Shown here piece after piece: positions 13,086 to 25,875 of a stretch of 64,000 bases of DNA. The DNA is from Chiloscyllium plagiosum. Lineage: Eukaryota. A program made the position numbers and the translations under genes. The stretch's first letter is position 1. Each line of letters starts with the position of its first letter. The notes beneath the pieces are model-generated. The model had not been told where the DNA came from, did no database searches, and saw only the letters and a list, made by a program, of their open reading frames with translations. Location of the stretch: contig NC_057751.1 in assembly GCF_004010195.1 (NCBI RefSeq), forward strand, positions 13,540,267-13,604,266, given 5' to 3'.

Positions 13086-13189
13086 TATCTGAGAGAGTGG
13101 CAGAGCATGAGGCTTGGTGGTACAAAGGTAAAGTTGCGTAGACAGAATGAGTGTGAGGTGTTGGAGAGAATGGTGAGGTTAGAGTGGAG

Positions 13190-13370
13190 AAGGGCTCTGA
13201 TCTTCATCCTGCAATGCCATGCATACCTCCAGGTGGCTAAGATTGGACTGACTCAGGTGGCAATCTCAGATTAGGCTGGCATGGTGGTTCTGCTGGTTCT
13301 GGCAGATGAGATGTTTCTGTGTCTGCATCACCTCGTCCAGCAGGTCACCATTTATGAAGTGGGCCACCCA
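13190..13370 (-). mobile_element. Degenerate Myb/SANT-like fragment (Harbinger-type)
   Basis: Minus-strand ...SEIAT*VSPILATWRYAWHCRMKIRALL resembles the W..IA..V.....R...QCRKK motif. Confidence 0.35.
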
Positions 13371-14171
13371 TTTCTCTCAATCTTCCATCTCTGCAGCAAA
13401 TGTTAGGAACATGCAGGGCTCGCAATCCTTGTCTAGGTGCAGAGTGGGTTTCTAAAGATGGTATGGGTACAAGGAATGCTGGTCTTTTAGTAAATATCCG
13501 GTGAGTGGAAAGTTGTTCCAGCAACGGCACATCATAAGACAGAGATAGACCTGAGACATGAGGGATGCGGTAGGTGCGGGTTTGTCATTAATTAGATACG
13601 TTTGGGTAACATATGTCAAGGAATCTTGCTGGGCCTCATTGTGAAAATACACCAAAATACCTGACGCAACTCACAATTAACCAAAACAACTAAGTTCATT
13701 GGCAGAGATCTGTAATGCTATAGCCGATGAAAAAACTTACCAAGGAAAATTATTTATTTTCATACTTTACCTTCTCATTTCAGATCCATTTGACATCAGA
13801 TATGCATTCTGACCCCTGTCAAGTCCTTTTTCACTTGAAACCCTTCCTTCTGGCAAGTTAGGGGCATCATCTCACCCTAACCCATCCTTTCTTATTAGTC
13901 AAAACACTTGGGAAAGCAGGCCTCATAACTGAGTGAGACAGCCACAGCAGTCCACTACAAAGCACAAATACTGAACATGTTATTGACATCCCCACTGTTC
14001 CGTCTCCAATAAGTTAATATTAGCAACTGCCCTCTCCCCACTCCCATGATCTACATAGGTCATGATATTTCATCCCCTTCTCTTGTACCAGAACTTTTGG
14101 AGTTCAGCATATCAAGATATCTGGCCTGCAGATACTCCTGATATTCATCTGCACCTCAAAACATTTCAGTA

Positions 14172-14258
14172 TTAGCGAGTTTCGAAAAGATTTGTAGCTC
14201 AGGTTGAGGTTCTGGATGTAGGTTTGCTTGCTGAGCTCAGCAAGCAAACATACATCCT
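14172..14258. mobile_element. Miniature Penelope family C fold-back insertion
   Basis: Family C terminus followed by a 44-nt near-perfect palindrome (14214-14257, centre GAGCTC); TSD ACATTTCAG(T/C)A at 14161-14171 and 14259-14269. Confidence 0.75.
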
Positions 14259-15249
14259 ACATTTCAGCACGTTTATTTAACAGAGATGTGAATTGATAAT
14301 TGTATGGCTATGCTGTCTGGCCTTAATAAACAGGGGAAGCAACAAAGTATATATCTGATTTAATCAATTAGATTTAAGAATTGAGATATAAGCAGAAAAA
14401 CAATTGAGAAACAGGGTGTATTCAAGTGAGGCACATTTGCCAAAGCAGGCTCAGAAAGGGAAATGAATTTTGTATTCAGAAAAAGAACAGGAAGAATGTT
14501 TTTTCATTTTATATTTGATATGCATAAAATCTCAACCAACAACTCATGATCAGCTCATTTTTTTGGGCAGAGCAGTTGATTGACGTTCATTAACAATTGC
14601 AATGTTGTTAGAAAGGGATTTAAATAGTTTAAACATGCATTTCGGTGTTGTGTTTAATCGGCAAGCAATGTGCAAATTTGGCGAGTTTTTTAAAAAAGAA
14701 TTGTAGAAATTAAGAGAAATATACTATTTCAGCCAAGGAAATAATAAACATTGACCGGCAAATTCCAAAGATTTGGAACTAACAACACATCCCTTAATAC
14801 CCTGAAACTGCCAGCTAATTTGTCGTACATTGATGACCATTGCAGAATTTAGGTTGCCTTCCATTGTCTGAGTAAATTTGCAATGATTAAAAGTGTGGGT
14901 TTTCATTAACAGCAAAGGAAAAGCCAAATAAAAGATGATATTGTGGCAATAGTTACAGATGACCTTGGCTCAAGAAATCAATACGTAGGATTGGTTCGGT
15001 TGGAGATGAGGTACACTCAGGAGAGAAGTCACCAGAGGGAAAGATCTGTCTCAAACAACAACCACAGTGTACAGAAAAAAATTTGGGTGTTGTTGACAAA
15101 GGGACGACAATAGGTGATTTTGATTGAGCTGTCAACTACAAAAATCATGTTGGCAAGAATAAACTCAATTCATAAAATGCTTTGGAGGTAATTTCTGAAA
15201 GTAGCACATTCTGAAACCAATCAGTGAGCAAGCTGTAATGGAACTTGTG

Positions 15250-15940
15250 TTGGGTAAGGATTAATTGAAGGAACTCAAAGTGATTATGATATCCATCTTG
15301 AAAAGAAGAGTAATTCTGAGACTAATACTTTCAAATGAATAAAAGGACAATTAGTTGGCATCAAAATTGAGCTATCTTAAGTGAACTGGATTATTAAGCT
15401 GTGAAACAGATCAGTTGAGAAGCAGTGGCAGACATCTGAAGGGACATTTCAGAATACTGAAAAAAAATGGCATACAAAAAATCTCAAAGAGGATCTACCA
15501 ACCATTATTAACTAAATACGTTAGGGGAAACATTAAACTTATTGAGAAAACATACAATTAGGCAAAGATGAGTGACAGGTCAGATGGTGAGTCAGAAGAT
15601 AAAGAACAATAGAGAATAACTCAAAACGTAATCAGGACAAAACAAAATCTGAGCATAAGTGAAAGCTAGCCACCAACGTAAAAACAAATAGCAAGAGTTT
15701 CTGTTGGTATTAAAAAAGTAAAAGAGTAAGCAGAATATTGGGACTCTTGAAGCTAAGAACAGCAAGTTAAATGAAGGTCATAAAGAAGTATCAGAAGTTA
15801 TAAAGAAATATGTTGCTTGTGTCCTCAGTGAAGAAGATACCGAAAAAGGCCAAAAATCCATGTGAACCAAGAGGTTGAAGGAAGAAAGGAACTTGGTGAA
15901 ATTAGAATCATTAGTGAAGTGATACCGAGCAAATTGATAG
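15250..15940 (+). mobile_element. Old CR1-like ORF2 remnant
   Basis: Degenerate KLATNVKTNSKSF..., ...KYVACVLSEED motifs typical of the CR1 endonuclease-RT linker. Confidence 0.55.
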
Positions 15941-16985
15941 TGCAATCTGGTCTCCTGCCTATTGGAGAGAACTTGTGAAACTTGAAAGGACTCAGATAAG
16001 GTTTACAAGGATGTTGCTAGGGATGGAGGGTTTGAGCTGTAGGGAAAGGCTGAGTAGGCTGGGGCTGTTTTCCCTGGAGTGTCGAAGGTTGAGGGGTGAC
16101 CTTATAGAGATTTATAAGATCATGAGGGGCATGGATAGAGTAAATAGACAAAGTCTTTTCTTTGGGGTGGGAAAATCTAGAACTAGAGGGCATAGGTTTA
16201 GGGTGAGCGGGGAAAGACATAAAAGAGCGTTAAGGGGCAACTTTTTCACGCAGAAGGTGATGCGTGTATGGGATGAGCTGCCAGAGGAAGTGGTGGAAGC
16301 TGGTACAAATTCAACATTTAAAGAGGGTTACCTCAGATTACAACAGGATCTGGACCAGATGGGCCAATGGGCTGAGAAGTGGCAGATGGAGGTTAATTCA
16401 GATAAATGCGAGGTGCTGCATTTTGGGAAAGTAAATCTTAGCAGAACTTATTCACTTAATGGTAAGGTCCTAGGGAGTGTTGCTGAACAAAGAAACCTTG
16501 GAGTGCAGGTTCATAGCTCCTTGAAAGTGGTGTTGCAGGTAGATAGGATAGTGAAGAAGGTGTTTGGTATGCTTTCCTTCATTGGTCAGAGTATTGAGTA
16601 CAGGAGTTGGGAAGTCATGTTTACAAAATTATGAGAGGCATGGATAGGATAAATAGACAAAGTCTTTTCCCTGGGGTCGGGGAGTCCAGAACTAGAGGGC
16701 ATAGGTTTAGGGTGAGAGGGGAAAGATATAAAAGAGACCTAAGGGGCAACTTTTTCAAGCAGAGTGTGGTATGTGTATGGAATGAGCTGCCAGAGGATGT
16801 AGTGGAGGCTGGTACAATTGCAACATTTAAGAGGCATTTGGATGAGTATATGAATAGGAAAGATTTGGAGGGACATGGGCTGGGTGCTGGCAGGTGGGAC
16901 TAGTTTGGGTTGGGATATCTGGTCAGCATAGACAGGTTGGACCAAAGGGTCTGTTTCCATGCTGTACATCTCTATGACTCTATGA
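15940..16985 (+). mobile_element. Young CR1/HER1-like LINE with internal rearrangement
   Basis: ORFs 15975-16634 and 16607-16903 are CR1 ORF2 C-terminal sequence; the block at about 16113-16321 recurs at about 16621-16830; tail CTATGACTCTATGA. Confidence 0.9.
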
Positions 16986-17721
16986 CCTGCCGAGACCCTG
17001 ACTTGATATCCATGAGTCTCGTCACCACGGACCCGCTATGGACCCACTCTTCATTTCACTACTCCAGATTTACTCTGTCCTTGCTTTCCACTGTACCTGA
17101 TCCCCATCCTTGCCCCCTTACTCATTCTGGCCCTGAACAGACCCTCCCTCAACTGTTCTAGACCCAATCCCACACTTCCCCTACTTCAGATCTGGATCAA
17201 GCTCTCTTCACCCACATTGAGGAACTACCCGTCCCTGCCCTGCTCTGGACTCAATCTCTCTCTCACACACACACAGACACACACACACACCTTAAACACT
17301 GCATCAGTTACGTGGCCCCCTTGCCCTTTACCCTGGCACCCTAATCACCTAGCAACGCAACCTCTAGCCATCTAGCACCCTACTCATCAGCAACACTTCC
17401 CTTCCAGCAGCCTAACTTCACACTTGTCCTTTGTATTTAGTATTTGGCTGCAGCTGTCAAAATTGCTGCCTGTGATTCTGGATCTTTAAGTACAGGAGGC
17501 TGGCTGCTGTGAAAAGGGGGACATGGTTTGCCTTCCCCGACAGTTTTGCACTGCGTGAGAACTGTAAGGATTTCTGAAAGAGCCCTGTTTGAAATCTCCA
17601 GTCAAAGATCTCTCCTTTTATTAAAAAGAAAGGGAAGAGTAGCAATCAGTTCAAAATGCCAACACCTTGGAAAGTCTGGCCTGATGTGTTCATTAATAAT
17701 GGTTAATATTTCCCTTTTCAG

Positions 17722-18135
17722 CTCAGGTAATGTTACCATACTCCCAATGGACCATCAGGCTGCTCTTTCATTAGAGGGAGAAGACTGGTGGTGGTTTAAA
17801 CTGAGAATCACCACTCAGGTGAGGGCAGTGCTTGAGAAGCAGAGACCTTCATAGTCACCTCAGCTGGGACTGAAATTGAAACTGTACTGTTGGTGTGGCT
17901 CCACATTTGCAAACTAGCCAATTTAACTAACTGACCCCCTAAAGTCGCCACAGTCCTACCAGACTATGGGACTGCTCTCTCATTTGAAACAAATGACTGA
18001 TGGGTGGTTTAACATGAGGTTGACCATGCCTCAGATGAGGGGAGAGATTGAGAAGGATGGTCCTTTTTGATAACCATACTTTTGGTGCTATGCTGCGCTA
18101 CAACTCAGCAGTCCAGCCAACTGAACTAACTGACC
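17722..18135 (-). mobile_element. Two tandem tRNA-derived SINE copies
   Basis: Repeated ...GCTCTCTCATT...GGTGGTTTAA...TTGAGAAG...AACTAACTGACC blocks; same family as the plus copy split by Rex1 at 47107-48015. Confidence 0.6.
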
Positions 18136-19044
18136 TGCTCATCTCAGATAACATCGAGCCAGTTGTAGTGCCACAACCCCAGGTTGAAAAAAAGTCAGGG
18201 TTGAACCTTGTTCTTTTTCAGTATTTGTGTTGTCATGCGATGTATTTCACCACTGAACCACCAAAGGGTCCTTAACTCCACACCTGGTCCCTGAAGGACA
18301 CCAAACCAACTTACAATAATAGTCTTGGGAATAAGCGTCTTGCACTGGCAGACGAGATTGTTTTCCTGCAAAGCACTTTATAGAAACAAAGTACTTTTAC
18401 ACTGCAACCATAACTGTTACACAGAGAAAAGTGGCAGCTGATGCTTAGAGCAAGTTGCCTTAAAAAGCAATGAGTCAAACAATCTACGATAAAAAGCATC
18501 ATGAGTGATTTTGGTGCAGAAGTGAATATTGACCAGGACGATTCTTTTGCACTTTAATTGGGCATAAGTTTAACATTTAATTCAAAAAACAACAGATTCA
18601 AAAGTGTCGCATTCCCTCCATATAATACTGAAGGTTCAGGCTAATCTTGCATCGAAATGTCTGGAGTGAATCTTGAAAGCTTGACATTTTGTTTCAAAAC
18701 AAAGAATGATCCAACTGAGCTCATATGGACTTCCTAATTGGTAATCTGTCATTGCACTGAAGGGCAAATCTTCCAAGCACATATTTTTCCTCAAATGCAC
18801 AAGTCTATATTGAGTGAGCTGCCCATAATCTATTTTCCATGATTTTGCATAAGTTCTCACAGTGGATGGGGTAAGGGAAACATTCCCCTTATCTAGTATT
18901 ATTACGTGTATGCTGTATGCTAACTCAATTTGATGTCAAGTGTCATCCTTACATCCGTAATTGTTAATTTTCTGTTTCCTTCTTGCATTGGTTCCTTGTT
19001 GTTACTTGGTTCCACATCCCAAGTTAACTTCCAGTATTTGTAAG

Positions 19045-19325
19045 GCAAAAGTGAGGACTGCAGATGCTGGAGATTAGAGTTGAGAATGTTGTGCTGGAAA
19101 AGCACAGCAGGTCAGGCAACATCTGAGGAGCAGGAAAATCAGCGTTTTGGGCAAAACCGTTCATCACGAATGAGGCAGGGAGCCTTGGGGGTGGAGATAA
19201 GTGGGAGGGATGGGGCTAGGAGAAAGGTAGTTGAGTGCAATAGGTGAATGGAGATGGGGGTAAAGGAGATAGGTCGGAGGGGAGGGTGGAGTTGATAGGT
19301 GGGAAGGAAGACGGACAGATGGGAC
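19045..19325 (-). mobile_element. Penelope-like family B 3' end
   Basis: AAAAGTGAGGACTGCAGATGCTGGA terminus, degenerate hammerhead at about 19138-19172, purine-rich tract. Confidence 0.8.
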
Positions 19326-19563
19326 AATTATTTGCAGAAATGTCCACTGGTATTGCAGTCCAAAATGCTGGAAGCCTAATTGACTGAACCATCTTATAGA
19401 CACACAGTGTACTTCCAACTACAGGTGGCTGATTTCACTGTAAAATGGCAATTTATAAAATAATGCCACTTCATAAAATACCTCCCACCTCTGTCCTTAA
19501 AATGAAGCAATAATTTTTTGCGTGTTCCTTAATTCTGGTCTCATAATCAAGAGGAAACAGCCT

Positions 19564-19877
19564 AGTGAGTTTTGAGAAGATTTGTAGCTCAGGTTGAGGT
19601 TTTGGATGTAGGTTTGCTTGCTGAGCTGCAAGGTTCATTTCTAGACGTTTCGTTACCCTACTAGGTAACATCTTCAATGGGCCTCAGGCAAAGCAATGCT
19701 GAAAATTCTTGCTTTCTATTTATATGTTTGAGTTTCTTGGGGAAACCCAAACATCTAAATGGAAAGCAGGAATTTTCAGCATTGCTTCACCTGAGGCCCA
19801 CTGAAGATGTTGCCTAGTGAGGTAACGAAACGTCTGGAAATGAACCTTGCAACTCAGCGAGCAAACCTATATCCAAA
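19564..19877. mobile_element. Penelope family C fold-back insertion, hammerhead in each arm
   Basis: Inverted arms of about 135 nt around about 19740; TSD AGGAAACA(G/T)CCT at 19552-19563 and 19878-19889. Confidence 0.8.
19798..19837 (+). ncRNA. Minimal type I hammerhead ribozyme motif
   Basis: CCA-CTGAAGA-T-GTTGCC(TAGTGA)GGTAAC-GAAACGTC-TGG; helix I CCA/TGG. Confidence 0.7.
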
Positions 19878-20039
19878 AGGAAACATCCTCTCTATATCCA
19901 CCTTGTCAAGACCATTCAACATCCTGTTCACATTCGGATCAAATTGCAGATCACACTTCTGAACTCTCGTGGAAACAAAATCAAACTGTCCAGTCCATCC
20001 TTTGAGGGTAATGCATTCATTTCTGGTATCAAACTAGTG

Positions 20040-21640
20040 AGCAAGAACAGCGAGTGCTGGAGAAGTAGCAGAGAGAAAAACAGAATTAATGTTTCGAGTC
20101 TCCTGACTCTTTGTCAGAACTGAAAGCAGCTGGGAAATCATGCCAACTGTGTTGGTTTCTTTGTGGGTTACAAAGAACATTTCTTGTTCCAGTCTTACTC
20201 TGGTCCCTCCCCACAACCCTTTCTATGGTATATCAATAATGTAATCGATGCTGCTTCCCTTGTCTCATCTGGAATTGAAAGAACTTATCAATTTTGCTTC
20301 CAATTTCCACGCTGTTGTCACCTTCACCTTGTCCATCTCTGACTCCTCTCTTCCCTTTCTTTGGGTATAAGATGTCCATTGATATCAGTGACAGAGTTAC
20401 TGACTCCCACAGTTATCTTGACTATTCATGTTAACAGTCTGCATCCAGCTTCTGTTCTCCCAGTTCCTCCCTCTGTTCTCATGATGCCACCTCCCACAAG
20501 TAGGCCTCAGAAATATTCGTCTTTTTACTCAACTAAAATTCCTTGCCACCATTGTTGATAGGGCCCTCAGCCGTTCCCATATTTCAGCCCTCACCTGCCT
20601 TCCTATCCGCCACAGCAATGATAGAGTTCCCCTTGTCCTCACTTTCTACTCATCAGCCTCCATTTCCAAAGAATCATAAGCCATCATTTCGACTACCTCT
20701 AGCAATATGCCATTACCAGACACATATTCCCCTCTCCTCCCTTGTCATCATTCCACAGGGATCATTCTCTCCTGGACACTTTGGTCCACCTCTCCTATAT
20801 TCTCAACATCTCCCACCCCCACTGTACGTTTCCATGTAATCATAAGAAATGCCATACTTGCCTGTTTACCTCCTTCTTCTCTCCTTCCAAGTGAAGCAGT
20901 ACTTTACTTGCACCTTCATTCAAATCTAGTCTCCTGTATTTGTTGCTTAAATTGTGGTCTCCTCATTGGGGAGACAGAATGCAGGTGAAATGGTGATCGC
21001 TATGTTTGTAACCATAAAAGTGGTCTTGAGCTTTCAGTTGTCTCCCACTTCAACTCACTATTGCATTCCGTGTCAGCATTTCTGCCTTAGGTTTGCTGCA
21101 GTGCTCAAGCAAGCCTCAGTGCAATCCATCCTTCTGCCTCGGCATCTTACAGCCTTCAGGACTCAACATTGAGCCGAATAATTTCAGAATATGATCACAT
21201 TGCTTCACTTTAATTACCCTACCCCCACACCTCTAGGTTCTGTGTTGAATAAGTTGCTCACTGCACAGCCAACACATTTTCACCTATTTTCCCTTCTTGT
21301 TCACACCCAGCCTAGCATTATTTTCTCTCAGTTCATCGTAAGCTTTATCTTTGCTTGCCCATCCTTTTGTTTTTCTCTGTCTCTGTCTCTGTCTTTGACT
21401 CTCTCTCTGTCTCTCTCTCTCGGTTCCATGTACTCAATTTATTACCCTCCCCCACCCCACACCCATCATCAGCATTAATACCACCCTTGCCCAACTATTT
21501 TCAGGTCTGACGAACGGTCACTGGATTTGAAATATTAAATCTATTTTTCTCTCTACAGATTCTGCCAGACCTACTGTGTTTCTCCAGCACTCTCTGTTCT
21601 TGTTTCAGATTTCCTGCATCCACAGTTCTTTGTGTTTATT
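20040..21640 (+). mobile_element. Old Penelope-like element (RT and GIY-YIG remnants) with short inverted 5' arm
   Basis: ELINFASNFHAVVTFTLSISDSSLPFL (PLE RT), NLVSCICCLNCGLLIGETECR (GIY-YIG), degenerate hammerheads at about 21503-21540 (+) and about 20083-20122 (-). Confidence 0.75.
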
Positions 21641-22079
21641 ACAATCAATCTAGGAAACCTCCAGTGCATTTATGTCCTTCATTATATCAGGAGACCAAAG
21701 TTACACACAGAATTCAAGATTGCAAGAAATTCATTCATAGAGTGAGGACGTCGTTGGCCAAGCCAGTATTGACGGCCCATCTTAGAGGGCATTTAAGAGT
21801 CAGCCATATCGCTGTGGGTCTGGAGTCACATGTAGGCCAGACCAGGTAAAAGTGGCAGTTTTCTTCCCTGAAGGACATTAGTGAACCAGATGGTTTTTAC
21901 AACAATTGACTTTTGGTCATCATTAGACACTTAATTCCAGATTTTTACTGAGTCCCGTTTTCCACCATTTGCTGAACCCAGGTTCCCACTAGGCCATCAC
22001 TTTCCCAGTTCTGTCTCATAAATTCCCATATAACTGAAGAATAACTGCTCTCAATCCCTTTCATACTAGAAAACAGCAT

Positions 22080-23335
22080 TTCATTTCCTACTTAATCACT
22101 TGCTGTCCGTGCATGTGAGCTCCTTGATTGTTGCACTAGAATGCCTAGATCCCATACCTTTTTCATATACTTCTTTATTCTTCCTGCCAAAGTGAAAATT
22201 TTCATATTTTCCCAATTATGCTCCATCTGCGAAATTTTTGCCATTCACTTAATCTCTTGATATCCATCTGTATCCTCCTTATTTCATTTTCACACCATAC
22301 TTGTCTTCCTATCTTTGCATCATTTGTAAATTTAGCCACCAAGTCTTTGTTTTAAACATCCAAGGCATTGACATAAATTGTAAAAATTTGGGGACCCAGC
22401 ACTGACCCATTTGTCATATTCCTCCAATCTGACAAAGCCTCAGATTGGAGGAATCTTCGCTGTCCACCACACCTCCAATTTTGGTGTCATCTGCAAACTT
22501 ACTAACTGTACCTCTTATGCTCGCATCCAAATCATTTATGAAAATGTTAAAAAGTAGAGGGCCCAGCACCGATCCTTGTGGCACTCCACTGGTCACAGGC
22601 CTCCAGTCTGAAAAACAACCCTCCACCACTCCCCTCTGTCTTCTATCTTTGTATCCAAATGGCTAGTTCTCCCTGTATTCCATGAGACCTAACCTTGCTA
22701 ATCAGTCTCCCAGGGGAACTTTGTTGAACGCCTTACTGAAGTCTATATAGATCACATCTACTGCTCTGCCCTCATCAATCTTCCTTGTTACTTCTTCAAA
22801 AAACTCAATCAAGTTTGTGAGACATGATTTCCCATGCACAAACACTATCCCTAATCAGTCCTTGCCTTTCCAAATACATGTACATCCTGTCCCTCAGGAT
22901 TCCTTCCAACAACTTGCCCACCACCGAGGTCAGGCTCACCGGTCTATAGTTCCCTGGCTTGTCTTTACCACCCTTCTTAAACAGTGGCACCACGTTTGCC
23001 AACCTCCAGTCTTCCGGCACCTCACCTGTGACTATCGATGATACAAATATCTCAGCAAGAGGCCCAGCAATCACTTCTCTAGCTTCCCACCGAGTTCTAG
23101 GGTACACCTGATCAGGTCCTGGGGATTTATCCACTTTTAACCATTTCAAGTCATCCAGCACTTCCTCCTTTGTAATCTGGACATTTTGCAAGATGTCACC
23201 ATCTACTTCCCTCCAGTCTATATCTTCCATATCCTTTTCCACAGGAAATACTGATGCAAAATATTCATTTTATTTCTCCCCCATTTTCTGTGGCTCCACA
23301 CAAAGGCCGCCTTGCTGATCTTTGAGGGGCCCTAC
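22080..23335 (-). mobile_element. CR1-like LINE RT fragments (young piece abutting an old piece)
   Basis: KSPGPDQVYPR...[42 protein letters not shown]...[10 protein letters not shown]. Confidence 0.9.
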
Positions 23336-23544
23336 TGGAGTTGAAGTGGTACAAGGTCAGTACCTGGTCAATTGACAAGTTATTCAGGGTTTAAACTGTG
23401 TACTTAATAGTTTAACCTCTCTTGAGTGTTTCTAGGAGGTTGCTGAATTATCCAACTTCTCTGACTTATATGGAAACTTTTAGAAGGTTCCAGGCATAGT
23501 AGAATTACTCAGTCAAATGTTCAATTTTCCAGGCGATTGTTTTA

Positions 23545-25050
23545 AAAAAATCATTCATGGGATGTGGTTGTCTCTGTCTGAGTTAGCATTTATGCCATCC
23601 TGAACTGCCCTTGACAAGGTGGTGGTGAGCTGCCTTCTGGAACAACTGCAGTCAAAGTGCTGTAGGGTGATCCACAATGCTACTTGATAGTAAATTCCAG
23701 GATTTTAAGCCAACGACACTCTCGATATGGTGACATATTTCCCTGTCAGGATGCTACCTGGCTTGGAGGAAAATTCACATATGGTGGTGTTTTCATGTAT
23801 GTGCTGTCCTTCTACATGGACGTGGTCCTGTGTTTGAAAAATACTGTCCAAAAGGCCTTGGTGAATTTCTACTGTGTGCCTTCCCAATGACATACACTGC
23901 TTCCCCTGAGCATTGGTGGTGGTGGGAGTGGATGTTTTTGGATATAGTACCAAACTAGAATGTTGCTTTGTCCTGAATGTTAGCAAGCTTTTAGAATGTT
24001 GTTGAAACTGCAGTCATGCAGGCAAGTGAGAAGCATTCAATTACACTTCTGATTTGTACCTTGTAAATAGGGGAACAGGCTTTGGGGAGTGAGGAGCTGG
24101 GTTAGTCACTGCAGGATACCTAACTTCTGACCCACTCTCGTGGCCACTGTATTCATATGGCTAGACCAGTTCAGCATCTGTACAATGGTAACTCCCAGGA
24201 TGTTGACAGTTGGGTTATTCAGTGATGGTAACACAACTTGAACATCAAGGGCCAATGGTTAGATTCTTTTTTGTTGGAGATGGTCATTGTGTTGTGCAAA
24301 TGTTACTTGCCACTTGTCAGGCCAAGCCTGTACATTGTCCAGATCTTGCTGTATTTGGACATGGGCTGCATCTGTATTAAAGGGGTCATGAATTGCACTG
24401 TATATTGTGCAGTCACCAATGACAATCCCCACTTCTGACCTTATGACAGGGGGCTAGGTTACCAATTATGTACATAGTTGAGTGAAGGATACTACCATGG
24501 AGGCTGAGATATTTGACCAACATCAACAACCATCTTGCTTTGTGTCAGGGATGACTCCAACAGCGAAGCATTTTCTCCCTGACTGCCATTGAGTTTTTAA
24601 TGGCTTCTTTGATATTTAAATATCTGCCAGGACATGGGGTTTCACTCCACTACTCTGAAATACTGGCATACTCAGTCAAATGTAGCTTTGATGTCACTTT
24701 TGCAACTCAGCTCATTTGTCCATGTTTGAAACAAGGCTTTATTGGGGTCAGGAGCTGAGTGGTCCTGGCAGAACACAAACTCAGCATCAGTGAGCAAATT
24801 ATCGCAAAGCAAGTGCTGTTTGATAGCACTATTGACGACACCTGCCATTAATTTACTGATGATTGAGAGTAGACTGATTGGGTGAAAATAAGCAGGATTA
24901 GATTTGTCCTGCGTTTTGTGCACAGGACATAGCTGGTCAATTTTCCACATTGTCAAGTCAACACCAGTGCTGCAGTTGTATTGGAACCTCTTGGCCAGAA
25001 GTAACCAAGTTCCGGAGCATAAGTCTTCAGTACGATTGCCAGTATGTTTC
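23545..25050 (-). mobile_element. CR1/L2-group LINE (second family), RT to 3' end
   Basis: DKSNPAYFHPISLLSIISKLMAGVVNSAIKQHLL...; 3' end ...CCCATGAATGATTTTTTT. Confidence 0.8.
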
Positions 25051-25140
25051 CTTTAGAGTCTATGATAAATTGGATTCCACACATTCCCATGTACAATATC
25101 CATCTACACTAAAATAATGAATAGCTGGCCATGTGAAAAT

Positions 25141-25458
25141 CACTCAATGGTTAGCACTGCTGCATCACAGCACCAGGGACCCAGGTTCGATTCCAGCCTT
25201 GGGTGACTGTCTGTGTGGAATTTGCACATTCTCCCCGTGCCTGCGTGGGTTTCCTCCGGGTGCTCTGGTTTCCTCTCACAGTCCAAAGATGTGTAGCCCA
25301 GGTGAATTGGCCATTCTAAATTGCCCATAGTGTTAGGTGCATTAGGCAGAGGGAAATTGGTCTGGGTGGGTTACTCTGCGGAGGGACGGTGTGGACTTGT
25401 TGGGCCGAAGGGCCTATTTCCACACTATAGGGAATCTCATTTTATCTAATCTAATCTA
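25141..25458 (+). mobile_element. HE1-type V-SINE
   Basis: B box GGTTCGATTCC, V core and (TCTAA)n tail; homologous to 4874-5194. Confidence 0.9.
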
Positions 25459-25564
25459 AATCCCCGAATGTTGCTAAAATTCACTTCCTATTGGTGTCTG
25501 TTCTAAATTGCATTTGACAATTTTTGGGAAAGAATTAAAAATATCTCTCGAATGTAATATTTCA

Positions 25565-25875
25565 AAAGGAAGACTTGCACCAATATACCATGATTTATGA
25601 TCGCACAATATCCAGGAGTGCCTTCTGGCCACTAACTGCTTTATAATTTATCATTATTGCAATGTCGAAAATGTGGCAGCCAATTTACATAAATGCTTGC
25701 ACAACAGTAATGTAATAATAAGTATAAACTGTTTTCAGTGTTATTGATTGAGAGCTAAATATCTGCCAGGATGTTGAGTATAACTCCACTACTCTGAAAT
25801 AGTGCCATTTGATTTTTGCATATATTTACCGGAGAAGAGAGAAGTCCTTGGTTTAATGTCATATCCATAGGATGC
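25565..25875 (-). mobile_element. Ancient Deu-domain-type SINE remnant
   Basis: GTGGCAGCCAATTT, AAATAGTGCCAT and GGTTTAATGTCATATCC motifs; related remnants at about 18370-18720 and 60330-60470. Confidence 0.5.

Noticed and set aside
15975..16634. 219-aa ORF as a host gene
   Set aside because: It is rearranged CR1 ORF2 sequence.
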